A stretch of 64,000 bases of DNA from an uncultured Rikenellaceae bacterium (GTDB taxonomy: Bacteria; Bacteroidota; Bacteroidia; Bacteroidales; VadinHA17), in assembly GCA_964421975.1 (NCBI GenBank), contig CAYQZL010000004.1, forward strand, positions 818 through 64,817, in the 5' to 3' direction. The translations under genes and the position numbers were made by a program. The notes beneath the pieces were generated by a model. It had not been told where the DNA came from. It ran no database searches and saw only the letters and a program-made list of their open reading frames with translations. The first letter of the stretch is position 1, and each line of letters begins with the position of its first letter. Shown piece by piece: positions 44,961 to 54,941 of the stretch.

Positions 44961-46250
44961 ATGAATTACAAAGAAACAATTGAATATTTATACAGCCGGT
45001 TGCCGGCGTATCACAGGATAGGGAAGGCGGCTTATAAGAACAATCTTGATAATACACTCGCCCTTGATGATTATTTCGGGCATCCTCACAGGAAATACCA
45101 GTGTATCCATATTGCCGGAACCAATGGAAAGGGTTCAGTCTCACATATGACTGCTTCAATACTTATGGAAGCCGGTTACATTACCGGGCTTTATACTTCA
45201 CCACATCTCAGGGATTTCAGGGAAAGGATAAAAATTGATGGAAAAATGATCCCGGAGGAAGAAGTTATAAGGTTTGTTGATATTCACAGAAGTATCATTG
45301 AGTCTGTGAAACCATCTTTTTTTGAAGTGACGGCAGCAATGGCTTTTGATTATTTCATGCGGGAAAAAGTGGATGTGGCAGTTATTGAAACAGGAATGGG
45401 AGGGAGGCTCGATTCAACGAACATAATAACACCTGTTGTCTCTGTAATTACAAATATCGGGCATGATCATATGGATCTGCTTGGTGATACATTTGAAAAA
45501 GTTGCACGGGAAAAAGCGGGGATCATCAAAAAAAATATTCCGGTTGTTATAGGAGAGACACATCCTGAGACAGCGGGAGTTTTTACTGCAGCAGCAGGAT
45601 TAGCGGGATCAGAAATCTCTTTTGCCGATCAGTCCTTTCGATGTCTTCCTGCTGATGTTACCGATGATATGGAAGATAATCTATTTTCTGTTGAGTCTCT
45701 GAAAGACGGTAGAAAAACAAAAATCATCTTACCCCTGGGTGGTAATTACCAGGCTAAAAATATCCAGACTGTTTTTCAGCTTTTCAGCTTCCTTAAGGGC
45801 CATTATCAGATAAATGAAAAGACAGTTAAGGAAGGTTTGGGAAAGGTTATTTCCAATACCGGTCTTATGGGACGCTGGCAGATATTGAAGAAGCAGCCTC
45901 TGGTCATTTGTGACACAGGGCATAACAGGGAAGGACTGGAATATGTGACCAGACAGTTGGAGAAAATGAATATTAAACGGATGCATATTGTTCTCGGTTT
46001 TGTAAGCGACAAAGATCTCTCTCTTGTCCTCCCTCTGTTTCCGGTTAAGGCGCAATATTATTTCACGAAAGCATCAGTCCCCCGTGCACTTGACGAAAAG
46101 ATACTTCAGAAAGAGGCTCAGACTTTTGGTCTCAGCGGAGAGTGTTACAATACGGTGGATGATGCCTATAAATCAGCACTGAGCAATGCTTCAACCGAAG
46201 ATCTTATATTTATCGGCGGAAGTACCTTTGTAGTGGCGGAAGTATTGTAA
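44961..46250 (+). CDS. folC: Folylpolyglutamate synthase/dihydrofolate synthase
   Basis: 429 aa. P-loop AGTNGKGS, TSPHL, and the Mur-ligase-like layout. Confidence 0.85.
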   Translation: MNYKETIEYLYSRLPAYHRIGKAAYKNNLDNTLALDDYFGHPHRKYQCIHIAGTNGKGSVSHMTASILMEAGYITGLYTSPHLRDFRERIKIDGKMIPEEEVIRFVDIHRSIIESVKPSFFEVTAAMAFDYFMREKVDVAVIETGMGGRLDSTNIITPVVSVITNIGHDHMDLLGDTFEKVAREKAGIIKKNIPVVIGETHPETAGVFTAAAGLAGSEISFADQSFRCLPADVTDDMEDNLFSVESLKDGRKTKIILPLGGNYQAKNIQTVFQLFSFLKGHYQINEKTVKEGLGKVISNTGLMGRWQILKKQPLVICDTGHNREGLEYVTRQLEKMNIKRMHIVLGFVSDKDLSLVLPLFPVKAQYYFTKASVPRALDEKILQKEAQTFGLSGECYNTVDDAYKSALSNASTEDLIFIGGSTFVVAEVL

Positions 46251-46265
46251 TATTTCTTAAATTTA

Positions 46266-48080
46266 ATGATTAATTTCAGTCAAATGAAAAGATCTCTGAT
46301 CACCCTCCTGCTTATTCTGATTGCAGTGAATGTTTCGGCTCAGACCGGACAAAAGATAGTCATAATACACACAAACGATCTGCATTCACATCTTACAGGC
46401 TTTGCTCCCGAACTCGATTATTCCCCGCTTGTTGTCCACAATGATAAAACTATCGGCGGATTTGCACGGATAGCATCGGTAATAAAAAATGAAAAAGAAC
46501 AGAACGAAGGGATCACACTTGTTTTGGATGCAGGTGATTTCCTGATGGGTACACTTTTTCAGGGAGTAGAAGTAAAAACAGGATTTCAGCTGCGACTGAT
46601 GAAAATAATGGGATATGATGTTCTCGCCATTGGTAATCATGAGTTTGATTATGGTCCCGTAAAGCTTGCTGAAATAATTAATTCAGCTGTTAAGGCAGGT
46701 GAGATACCCGGATTGCTTCTCGGGAATGCGGTTTTCAGTCCGTCTGATCCGTCTGATGACGCGCTTGAGAAACTGACTTCCGAAAATATTTTGGGCCGGA
46801 CAATGATAATCAACAGGGGAGGTATTAAGTTCGGTTTCTTCTCCCTTCTCGGGAAAGTTGCTGACGACAATGCCGCCTATGCTCCTCCTGTCACATTTTC
46901 AAAGCAGGTTGCTGCTGCACGCCTGCTGGTGAAGGAGCTGAAGGATGAGAATTGTGATATTATCATTTGCCTGTCTCATTCGGGAGTATCAAAGGATAAG
47001 AATGGAAACTGGGCGGGAGAAGATGTCGAACTTGCAAATAAGGTGAAGGATATTGATGTGATAATAAGCGGACATACTCATACATATCTCAAAGATCCCA
47101 TTATGGTAAATGGAATACCGGTAGTCCAGACCGGAGAGTATGGAGTAAATGTCGGCAAACTGTCACTGGAATATGCTGATGGTAAAGTGAAAGTTACAGG
47201 ATATTCCCTTATACCTGTCGATGACAATATTGCCGGAGACAGATATGTTAATGATCTGATAGAAGCACAGAAAGATAAAGTTACAGAAGAGATACTGAAG
47301 CCTATAGGACTGAGTTATAAGAAACCGGTGGTTGAAGCCGGATTTTTACTTGAATGTATGGAAAGCGGGGATATAAAGAACAGCAATCTCGGTCCGCTTG
47401 TGGCTGATGCAATTCACAGTTATGTAAACAATCATGTGAGTACCGGCACGGATATGAGCATGGTAGCTGTTGGTGTTATACGCGACAGGATCGTTCCGGG
47501 ATATCAGTCAGCTCCGGATATCTTCAGAATAATGTCAATGGGAACAGGAAATGATGCGGTCCCGGGATATCCACTTTCAAGGATCTGGCTGACAGGCAAG
47601 GAACTGAAGAGCATTCTTGAGATACTTCAGGTTGCATATAAATCAACTCCTGCCAATTACTGCTATTATTCCGGGATAAAAGTTAATTATGATCCTGACA
47701 AAATGATGCTCAGGAAGATCAAAAGCATAGATCTGGTCAGATCCGGAGGAGATGTCATTAAAATGGATTTTTCGAAAAAGAAAAAGTCTCTTTATTCGGT
47801 TACAGCTAATTCCTATATGCTGGAATTTGTAAGTATTATAAAAAAGATGAGCTTTGGTCTGATAAATGTGGTGCCGAAGGATAAGAACGGTATTCCGCTT
47901 AAGGATATGAAACAGGCTGTTCTGGACATTGATGAAAATGAGGAAGGTCTGCAGGAAGGAAAAGAATGGCTGGCTTTGATTGAGTACCTTTCATCAATGG
48001 AGGACACAAATTCGAATAATATCCCTGATATAAGCAACAAATATAAGGAAGCTGTTCAAACATTTATTCCGGTCAGATAA
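46266..48080 (+). CDS. Secreted 5'-nucleotidase/metallophosphatase family protein (UshA-like)
   Basis: 604 aa with an alternative ATG at 46284 (MKRSLITLLLIL). HTNDLHS, DAGD, GNHEFD and GHTH, followed by a C-terminal nucleotidase-like domain. Confidence 0.75.
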   Translation: MINFSQMKRSLITLLLILIAVNVSAQTGQKIVIIHTNDLHSHLTGFAPELDYSPLVVHNDKTIGGFARIASVIKNEKEQNEGITLVLDAGDFLMGTLFQGVEVKTGFQLRLMKIMGYDVLAIGNHEFDYGPVKLAEIINSAVKAGEIPGLLLGNAVFSPSDPSDDALEKLTSENILGRTMIINRGGIKFGFFSLLGKVADDNAAYAPPVTFSKQVAAARLLVKELKDENCDIIICLSHSGVSKDKNGNWAGEDVELANKVKDIDVIISGHTHTYLKDPIMVNGIPVVQTGEYGVNVGKLSLEYADGKVKVTGYSLIPVDDNIAGDRYVNDLIEAQKDKVTEEILKPIGLSYKKPVVEAGFLLECMESGDIKNSNLGPLVADAIHSYVNNHVSTGTDMSMVAVGVIRDRIVPGYQSAPDIFRIMSMGTGNDAVPGYPLSRIWLTGKELKSILEILQVAYKSTPANYCYYSGIKVNYDPDKMMLRKIKSIDLVRSGGDVIKMDFSKKKKSLYSVTANSYMLEFVSIIKKMSFGLINVVPKDKNGIPLKDMKQAVLDIDENEEGLQEGKEWLALIEYLSSMEDTNSNNIPDISNKYKEAVQTFIPVR

Positions 48081-48092
48081 AACCGGCTTTAT

Positions 48093-49724
48093 TCACCATT
48101 TGCTGAACGGATTATTGACTTTCAGCCTGGATTTGTTGTTTGCCACATTATAGCCGATCCGGAACATAGCTTCGGTTATTTTTTCCAGTTTACTGAAATT
48201 GATCTTATCAACAACATCCCGGGGCGAGTGATAATCAGTATGTAATCCTGTGGTAAAAAAGAGTACCGGGATATCCTTTTTTACGAAATTGTAATGATCA
48301 CTTCTCGCAAAAAGCTGAAGCGGATGGTTCCTGCCACTTAATGAATAATCAAAATCCAGCTGGATTTCATCATCCACATCCTCGGCAATTTTCCTTAGTT
48401 CCCTGCTCTGATTGCCTGTGATGACAAATACTTCATTCAAGTCTGTCATGGGATTATCAGAAGTGGAGTCGGCTATGCCTTTCACCCTCCCGATCATATC
48501 AGCATTTAAATCTGCAACAGTATTTTCAAGAGGAACGAGGGGATTATTTACATAATATTCTGATCCGAATAATCCTATCTCTTCGCCGGAAACCCACAGG
48601 AACAATAAGGATCTCAGAGGTTTTTTCTCAAGAGCCTGGAAGGCTTCTGCAATGGAAAGCAGGGCTGCACAGCCTGTAGCATTATCGTCAGCCCCTGTAT
48701 TGATCCGCTTACCTGAACCTCCAATGTGGTCGGAATGGCAGGAAAAAATAACATATTCATTTTTTAACACCGGATCACTGCCTTCAATAACCGCTGCAAC
48801 ATTGTTCAGTGTAATTTCCTCGGTACCTGTTCTGACATTTATTGCCAGGTTTTTCCCGGGTATGACAAATGAATGAGGCCTGAGTTCATTGTCGATTTTC
48901 TTCTGAAGACCGGCAAGGCTTTCTCCTGTTCCTTCCAGTAAGCGGTCAGCAACACTACGATCGACAAAAAGAATTCTCATCATTCCAGGAAGTGAGAATA
49001 CCGGCTGACTGCTGCCCTTAAGGCTGAGGGACGAATTCAATGATGAGACTATTCCCGGCTCCTGTTCTTCAAGTGTGTTAAAACCTGATTTGGGATCAGT
49101 GACAAATAGAATGGCTTTTGCCTTTGAGAAAAGCAGACTTCTGAGCTTGATTGCATAGCTTCTGAAATCGGACCAGTCGTCTCCTTCAAAAAGATATTTT
49201 CCGCCATCTTCGGTTGTCGGTGATCTTGTCATCACCAGCAGTATCTTCCCTTCTGTGGGAATTCCTTCAAAATCATTATATCTGTATTTCTCTCTTATAA
49301 GCCCATATCCGGCAAATACCACCTCTCCTTCAAGTGTAATATCCTCCGGATCAGGCGGGAACAACTGGAATATTTTCTCGCTTATCCTGACCGTATCACC
49401 CTGGCTGTCTGAAATTCGTATACCTGATTTTTGATGATCAATACTCTTGCTGATAACCTGATAGGGCTGAAAATAACTTGAACCATTAACCGGTTTCAAT
49501 CCCAGCAGCTTTGCATTGGATGCTATGTATTCCTGTGCAATATCAAGACCTGGCATTCCGTTTTTCCTTCCCATCAGCAGAGGTGAGGCAAGAAATGAAA
49601 CATGTGCTTCCAGATCTGCAGGTGTTATAATATCAATACCTGTATATTTTTTCTGGGAATATGAACCGGTTGGTAATACCAACGAAATTATTGATATTAA
49701 AAAGGCAAAGTGATAAAGCTTCAT
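48093..49724 (-). CDS. M28 family metallopeptidase with a PA-like insert
   Basis: The ATG at 49724 gives the signal peptide MKLYHFAFLISIISLVL. GADDNATG and SGEEIGLFGS. Confidence 0.8.
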   Translation of the reverse strand: MKLYHFAFLISIISLVLPTGSYSQKKYTGIDIITPADLEAHVSFLASPLLMGRKNGMPGLDIAQEYIASNAKLLGLKPVNGSSYFQPYQVISKSIDHQKSGIRISDSQGDTVRISEKIFQLFPPDPEDITLEGEVVFAGYGLIREKYRYNDFEGIPTEGKILLVMTRSPTTEDGGKYLFEGDDWSDFRSYAIKLRSLLFSKAKAILFVTDPKSGFNTLEEQEPGIVSSLNSSLSLKGSSQPVFSLPGMMRILFVDRSVADRLLEGTGESLAGLQKKIDNELRPHSFVIPGKNLAINVRTGTEEITLNNVAAVIEGSDPVLKNEYVIFSCHSDHIGGSGKRINTGADDNATGCAALLSIAEAFQALEKKPLRSLLFLWVSGEEIGLFGSEYYVNNPLVPLENTVADLNADMIGRVKGIADSTSDNPMTDLNEVFVITGNQSRELRKIAEDVDDEIQLDFDYSLSGRNHPLQLFARSDHYNFVKKDIPVLFFTTGLHTDYHSPRDVVDKINFSKLEKITEAMFRIGYNVANNKSRLKVNNPFSKW

Positions 49725-49860
49725 CAGGGAGATCTGTTTTAATTTAATGAAGAGCAAATGTAAAAAAAGTTTTGCTACTGTGGTCATATGTATTCCAGAC
49801 CTGTAGTTTCCGGGTGTTTCATAATTCTGATCGTGAGTTTTATCAGGGATCTGCTTTCCG

Positions 49861-49868
49861 TAATTTTG
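49861..49868 (+). promoter_or_regulatory. Candidate -7 box (TAATTTTG) for the histidine kinase gene
   Basis: Exact TAnnTTTG match, 83 nt upstream of the ATG at 49951. Confidence 0.35.
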
Positions 49869-49950
49869 TATATTATTTTAAGGAAAATGTTAAATTTACG
49901 GCATTTGATGAAAGTTCAGGTTTGTTTTTCCTGGAAGAGAAAAGAGAATA

Positions 49951-52446
49951 ATGAATTCCCAGAAGCAGAAACCGGCTATTCCATGGCCACTGATCATTCT
50001 ATTTTTGGCGCTGTCGGCAGGTGAACTTGTTGTCGGTCTTTTGTATTACAGGCACCAGAGAACTCATATGCTCAACGACAGCAAACAGGAATTATCGGCA
50101 ATTGCCAATCTTATGGTCAGAACACTTACCCAATGGCGAAATGAGCGTATTAATGACGGCAATTCACTCAGGGAAAATATGTCGGTTTACACAAGATTTT
50201 CGGAATATGTTAATAATCAGAATGATAGTAAGCTGCGTAATGAACTTACCCGGAATCTGCAGGCACTGGTTGATAATTATGACTATGCTTCAGCGATCTT
50301 TCTTGACAGTGATTTCCTGGTAAGGCTTAATTATCCCGAAAAGGACTCCATAATTGGTAGCCGCCTCAGAAAAACACTACCGGAGATCTTAAAGAAGGGA
50401 GAAGTCAGAATAACGGATATTCACAGGATAAGCGAGGTAAACTATGATCACCTCGATCTGGTGATCCCCTTAAGTAAAAAGGATCAGACAGAGATTTCAA
50501 TTTTCGGTACTTTGGTTCTCAGGATCGATCCCCGGGAAGTATTATTCCCTCTCATACGTACATGGCCTTTGCCCAGTCGCACTTCCGAAGCTTATATTGT
50601 CCGGCAGGATGGTAATGAAGTGATTTACCTCAGCAGGCTGAAATATTCCGACAGTACAGGTTATCTCAGGAAGTCCATTACTGAAGAGAAGCTTGAAGCC
50701 GCTATGGCCTTACAGGGTATACAGGAGAGTCATGATGCCATCGATTACCGTGGGATAAAAGTTGTGGCAGCCATGAAGAAAGTTCCGGAATTGCCATGGT
50801 TCATGGTAGCAAAAGTTGACCGTGAGGAGATACTGGGAACACTGAATAATGAGATGCGCCAGATATTCATGATCACCTTCCTCTTCATCTTGATCACGGC
50901 GCTTCTGCTGGGTTTATTATGGTGGAATCAGCGGGTTAGGTTTTACAGGAGCAGATATGAGATCGAACTCGAACATCTTGCCCTGGTGAGGCATTTTGAC
51001 TATATCCTCAAATATGCCAACGATGTCATAATGTTATTCAATAAAGATCTTGAAGTAATAGAAGCCAACGACCAGGCTCTTGATAAATACCAGTTTGAAA
51101 GGAACGAACTTATCGGGAAAAGGCTTACAGATCTGTTGCCGGAAAAGAAACTGGATAATTATAAAGATATCCTGGTAAGACTCGATAGTGAAGGACACCA
51201 TACCTTCGAAGGTGAACATATCAGGAAAGACGGAACAATATTCCCGATAGAGATCAGTGCCAGACGAATACTGATGGAGGGAATGGTTTATTACCAAACC
51301 ATCGGCAGGGATATTACTGAAAGAAAACAATCTGAAGAAACACTCAGGGAAAGCGAGGAAAGGTTCAGAAAGATATTCGAGGAGAGTCCGATAGGGATGG
51401 CTATGACAGGCAAGGATCTTGTTATTATAAGAGCTAATTCAGCTTTCTGCAAAATGATGGGATATTCCGAGGATGAACTCCCTGGAATGACATTTAAAAG
51501 TTTCACTCATCCTGATTATATAGTCCGCGATGAATATGAGCTTCTGCGATTGATTGCCAATGAGATACCAATTTATCATACAGAGAATGAATATATAAGG
51601 AAAGACGGACTGATGATATGGGGTTCAACAACCGTCAGTATTGTAAGGAATAACAATGATGAGGTCCAGTTCTTTCTGGGAATGGTCGAGGATGTCACAT
51701 CCAGGAAGATGGCGGAAGCCGAGCTTATTGCAGCCAAAGAGAAAGCTGAAGAAAGCGACAGGCTTAAAACGGCATTCCTGCATAATGTTTCCCACGAGAT
51801 ACGTACACCAATGAATGCAATACTCGGATTCTCATCTCTCCTCAGTGAACCCGGGGTCACTGAGGCAGAAAAGAACCAGTACATTGATATTATCTTCCAG
51901 AGTGGGAACCAGCTGTTGTCGATAATTAATGATATCGTAGACCTGGCAGGGATTGAAAGCGGACATGTCAAGATTAAAATAGGAAAGGTGAATATTAATT
52001 CAGTTCTGCGGGATTTATCGGAACAGTATGCATATAAAGTCAAAGCCCAGAATATAGGACTGATCCTGCATGCACCTCTGTCTGATGAAAAGTCAGAGAT
52101 CCTGACCGACAGAACAAGGCTTATCCAGATCGTCTCGAACCTCCTGACCAATGCATTCAAGTTTACAAAGACAGGTAAGATAGATTTTGGTTATGAGATG
52201 AAAAACGGATTTTTCGAGTTTTTTGTAAGTGATACAGGAATAGGAATACCTCAGGAATATCATTCTCTCATCTTTGAGAGGTTCTACCAGGTCGACAGCA
52301 CTGTCTCACGCCAGTATGCAGGCACCGGACTTGGACTTTCAATATGCAAGGCATTTGTGGGCCTACTTGGCGGTGATATCTGGGTTAACTCAAAACCGGG
52401 TGAGGGATCGACTTTTTGTTTTACCATTCCATACAACCGGGAATGA
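49951..52446 (+). CDS. Sensor histidine kinase: two TM helices flanking a periplasmic sensor domain, two PAS domains, HisKA and HATPase_c
   Basis: 831 aa. H-box SHEIRTPMN, G1 box DTGIGI and G2 box GTGLGLS. PAS-like segments are present. No receiver domain and no adjacent response regulator. Confidence 0.85.
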   Translation: MNSQKQKPAIPWPLIILFLALSAGELVVGLLYYRHQRTHMLNDSKQELSAIANLMVRTLTQWRNERINDGNSLRENMSVYTRFSEYVNNQNDSKLRNELTRNLQALVDNYDYASAIFLDSDFLVRLNYPEKDSIIGSRLRKTLPEILKKGEVRITDIHRISEVNYDHLDLVIPLSKKDQTEISIFGTLVLRIDPREVLFPLIRTWPLPSRTSEAYIVRQDGNEVIYLSRLKYSDSTGYLRKSITEEKLEAAMALQGIQESHDAIDYRGIKVVAAMKKVPELPWFMVAKVDREEILGTLNNEMRQIFMITFLFILITALLLGLLWWNQRVRFYRSRYEIELEHLALVRHFDYILKYANDVIMLFNKDLEVIEANDQALDKYQFERNELIGKRLTDLLPEKKLDNYKDILVRLDSEGHHTFEGEHIRKDGTIFPIEISARRILMEGMVYYQTIGRDITERKQSEETLRESEERFRKIFEESPIGMAMTGKDLVIIRANSAFCKMMGYSEDELPGMTFKSFTHPDYIVRDEYELLRLIANEIPIYHTENEYIRKDGLMIWGSTTVSIVRNNNDEVQFFLGMVEDVTSRKMAEAELIAAKEKAEESDRLKTAFLHNVSHEIRTPMNAILGFSSLLSEPGVTEAEKNQYIDIIFQSGNQLLSIINDIVDLAGIESGHVKIKIGKVNINSVLRDLSEQYAYKVKAQNIGLILHAPLSDEKSEILTDRTRLIQIVSNLLTNAFKFTKTGKIDFGYEMKNGFFEFFVSDTGIGIPQEYHSLIFERFYQVDSTVSRQYAGTGLGLSICKAFVGLLGGDIWVNSKPGEGSTFCFTIPYNRE

Positions 52447-52509
52447 TCATATTCAGCTGTTTCCCTGATAATACTTCTTTTGCTTCCTTCTGATGCTTTG
52501 GATATATGT

Positions 52510-53157
52510 TCAGAACCGTATAAAGATGTTCAGACTTCCTGTGAAAAGCACAGGAGATACGGGATTACCCTGGTTCCTGTTACGTGCAAGAGGGAATCCG
52601 GGTCCAATATCTGCATTGATACCTGCATTTCTTGAAAAATAAAACGACCTGCCTGCACGGGGGTAAACCAGATATTTATATTCCTTAACATATTCAACTT
52701 TAAATAAATATCCTGTAAATCCACCTGAAAAATACCATGGCGACTGGTCCATCAGCCTCGGTTTTTTGCCGATATGGTAATATAATTCAATACCAGTCGG
52801 TCCGGGCCCCCTTGTATCAAATGACTGTACCAGCCCTGCCTGGAACTGATTCCCATATTTGAATTTGATGCCTGTTGCTTCAGGGAAACCATATCCAATG
52901 TCAGCTTCAAGCCTGTACCTGGGTTTATTTCGGATCTTACCCGAGACAGAAGTAGTTGTAAATGTTAATCCCGTCAGAACAAACAGGAATACATATAAAC
53001 CGGGCAAAGGATATTTTTGAAACGGGCAGGATTTCCTTCCCAGTTTCCCTTTCCCGGAATGCAGGGCTTCTGATATTGATTGGAATGCGGGCATACTGTG
53101 GTTCTGTAAATAAAAACGCAAATATCTGTCAAATATTAAGAAAGCCTTAAAAATCAT
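52510..53157 (-). CDS. Hypothetical small outer-membrane beta-barrel-like protein
   Basis: 215-aa ORF. The hydrophobic signal-like segment begins only near residue 50, so the start codon is uncertain. Gly/aromatic-rich strands, and the C-terminal residue is Phe. Confidence 0.35.
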   Translation of the reverse strand: MIFKAFLIFDRYLRFYLQNHSMPAFQSISEALHSGKGKLGRKSCPFQKYPLPGLYVFLFVLTGLTFTTTSVSGKIRNKPRYRLEADIGYGFPEATGIKFKYGNQFQAGLVQSFDTRGPGPTGIELYYHIGKKPRLMDQSPWYFSGGFTGYLFKVEYVKEYKYLVYPRAGRSFYFSRNAGINADIGPGFPLARNRNQGNPVSPVLFTGSLNIFIRF

Positions 53158-53224
53158 TCTTTATCCTATCAATACTTGAAAGATGATTCTATTTTGTATA
53201 TTTTTAAGTGAATTAAATCAGAGT

Positions 53225-54661
53225 ATGAACAATACAGCTATTAACCCGGTTCCCGTATTAACTTTCGGGCTTATCGGAAACTTACTGCTTTCGTGTTCCT
53301 CCGGGACCGGTAAAACTGAGAGAAACACATCAGGACCTAACCTGATTTATGTTTTTGCCGATCAATGGAGGGCCGAAGCAACAGGGTATTCAGGGAACAG
53401 GCAGGTCAGAACGCCGAATCTTGACAGACTTGCAGGAGAATCGGTAAATTTCGTAACGGCAATTTCAAACTGTCCTGTAAGCAGCCCGGCCAGAGCTTCG
53501 ATGATGACAGGTCAGTATCCTCTTACTCATGGAATCTTCTTCAACGATAAACCTTTGGGGGATGACAGAATTTCTATAGCTGAAATTTATCGTGAACATG
53601 GATATAATACCGCCTATATCGGTAAATGGCATCTGAACGGGCATCCGAAAGGAGAGAGCCGCGACGAACACCGAAAATTACCTGTGCCATCTGAAAGACG
53701 TCAGGGTTTTGATTACTGGAAGGTACTTGAATGTACACACGATTATAATAATTCACTTTATTATGATAATGACAATGTTCAACATATCTGGCAGGGATAT
53801 GATGCAGAGATTCAGACCGATTCTGCAATAGCTTATATCAGGGCCGGAAAAGATTCACCATTTATACTGTTTTTATCCTGGGGGCCGCCTCATGAACCAT
53901 ATCATACAGCACCAGACAAATACAGGGATATGTATTCTGACTGGCAGAGTATACTGTTACGTCCAAATGTTCCTGACAGCTTGTCGGAGAGAGCAAAAAA
54001 AGATATTGCAGGTTATTATGCCCATATCGCAGCCCTTGATGAATATCTGGGAAAAATACTGGCTGCCGTAAAAGAATCAGGTATTGAAGAAAATACCATC
54101 TTCGTATTTACCAGTGACCATGGGGATATGCTTTTATCGCATGGTTTGACAAAAAAACAGAAACCATGGGATGAATCAATAAGAGTTCCTTTGCTGCTCA
54201 GGTATCCCTTAAAGATAAAAAAAGCCCGGAAAGTAAAAATCCCTTTCGGTACAGTGGATATTATGCCAACATTGCTTGGACTGAGTGGTTTGCCTGTACC
54301 GGATGGGGTCGAAGGAACAGATTTCTCTGATTATCTGTTGGGTAAGAACAAACCGGATATAAAATCAACACTGATAATGTGCCCCGTTCCTTTTCACCAA
54401 TGGAGTTTTGATAACGGAGGTAAAGAATACCGGGGTGTCAGGACAGAAAGATATACCTTTGCAAGAGATCTGAATGGTCCCTGGTTGTTATATGATAATA
54501 AAACTGATCCTTTTCAGATGAAAAACCTGGTAAATAAGGTTGACTATAAAAAGATACAGAATGAACTTGAAGTTGAACTGAACCGGTTACTGGATAAATC
54601 AGGAGACAAATTTATGGAAGCGGATTATTACATGAAAAAATGGAATTATGATTACGATTAA
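53225..54661 (+). CDS. Sulfatase family S1 lipoprotein, Ser-type
   Basis: The ATG at 53225 gives MNNTAINP... with the lipobox LLSCSSG. Signature CPVSSPARASMMTGQYP places Ser at the formylglycine position (SxPxR). DHGD is present. Confidence 0.85.
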   Translation: MNNTAINPVPVLTFGLIGNLLLSCSSGTGKTERNTSGPNLIYVFADQWRAEATGYSGNRQVRTPNLDRLAGESVNFVTAISNCPVSSPARASMMTGQYPLTHGIFFNDKPLGDDRISIAEIYREHGYNTAYIGKWHLNGHPKGESRDEHRKLPVPSERRQGFDYWKVLECTHDYNNSLYYDNDNVQHIWQGYDAEIQTDSAIAYIRAGKDSPFILFLSWGPPHEPYHTAPDKYRDMYSDWQSILLRPNVPDSLSERAKKDIAGYYAHIAALDEYLGKILAAVKESGIEENTIFVFTSDHGDMLLSHGLTKKQKPWDESIRVPLLLRYPLKIKKARKVKIPFGTVDIMPTLLGLSGLPVPDGVEGTDFSDYLLGKNKPDIKSTLIMCPVPFHQWSFDNGGKEYRGVRTERYTFARDLNGPWLLYDNKTDPFQMKNLVNKVDYKKIQNELEVELNRLLDKSGDKFMEADYYMKKWNYDYD

Positions 54662-54783
54662 CGCGGCCTCTGTATAAGTTTATTATCAAAATATTCAGAC
54701 AAAACACAACAACTAAAGGCAATCCGGCTTTATATTTGGAGTTTTAAATTTCCCTCTGAATACCAATGGGAGCTTTAAAAAAC

Positions 54784-54880
54784 CTTTGTGTCCCTTTGTG
54801 TGTACTTTGTGTCCTTTGTGGTTATAAAGCATTGTTGTTTAACCACAAAGAGCACTAAGGAAATCACAAAGAGCACAATG
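54784..54880. repeat. 4+4 word-hairpin array, CACAAAG variant: (CTTTGTG)x4, a 17-nt loop, then CACAAAG/CACTAAG/CACAAAG/CACAATG
   Basis: CTTTGTG at 54784, 54794, 54805 and 54814. The inverted words are at 54844, 54853, 54865 and 54874. The inner 10-bp stem is perfect (ctttgtggtt with aaccacaaag). Confidence 0.9.
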
Positions 54881-54941
54881 GGGTAGTAATTATTTTACTA
54901 TGCATTTAAGGATAATATTTTGATTTATAAATAGATAAAAG

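Noticed and set aside
44830-45159. 109-aa minus-strand ORF containing SEFQCFRVSEFQCFRVSEFQCF
   Set aside because: Its repetitive part is simply the translation of the 8-bp tandem array, and it runs antisense into folC. I treat it as an artefact.
54881-54941. SAM or Met riboswitch upstream of the COG1900 gene, and a THF riboswitch upstream of folC
   Set aside because: I found no recognisable conserved riboswitch cores. The regions are AT-rich or occupied by tandem repeats. An Rfam scan would be needed to exclude them formally.
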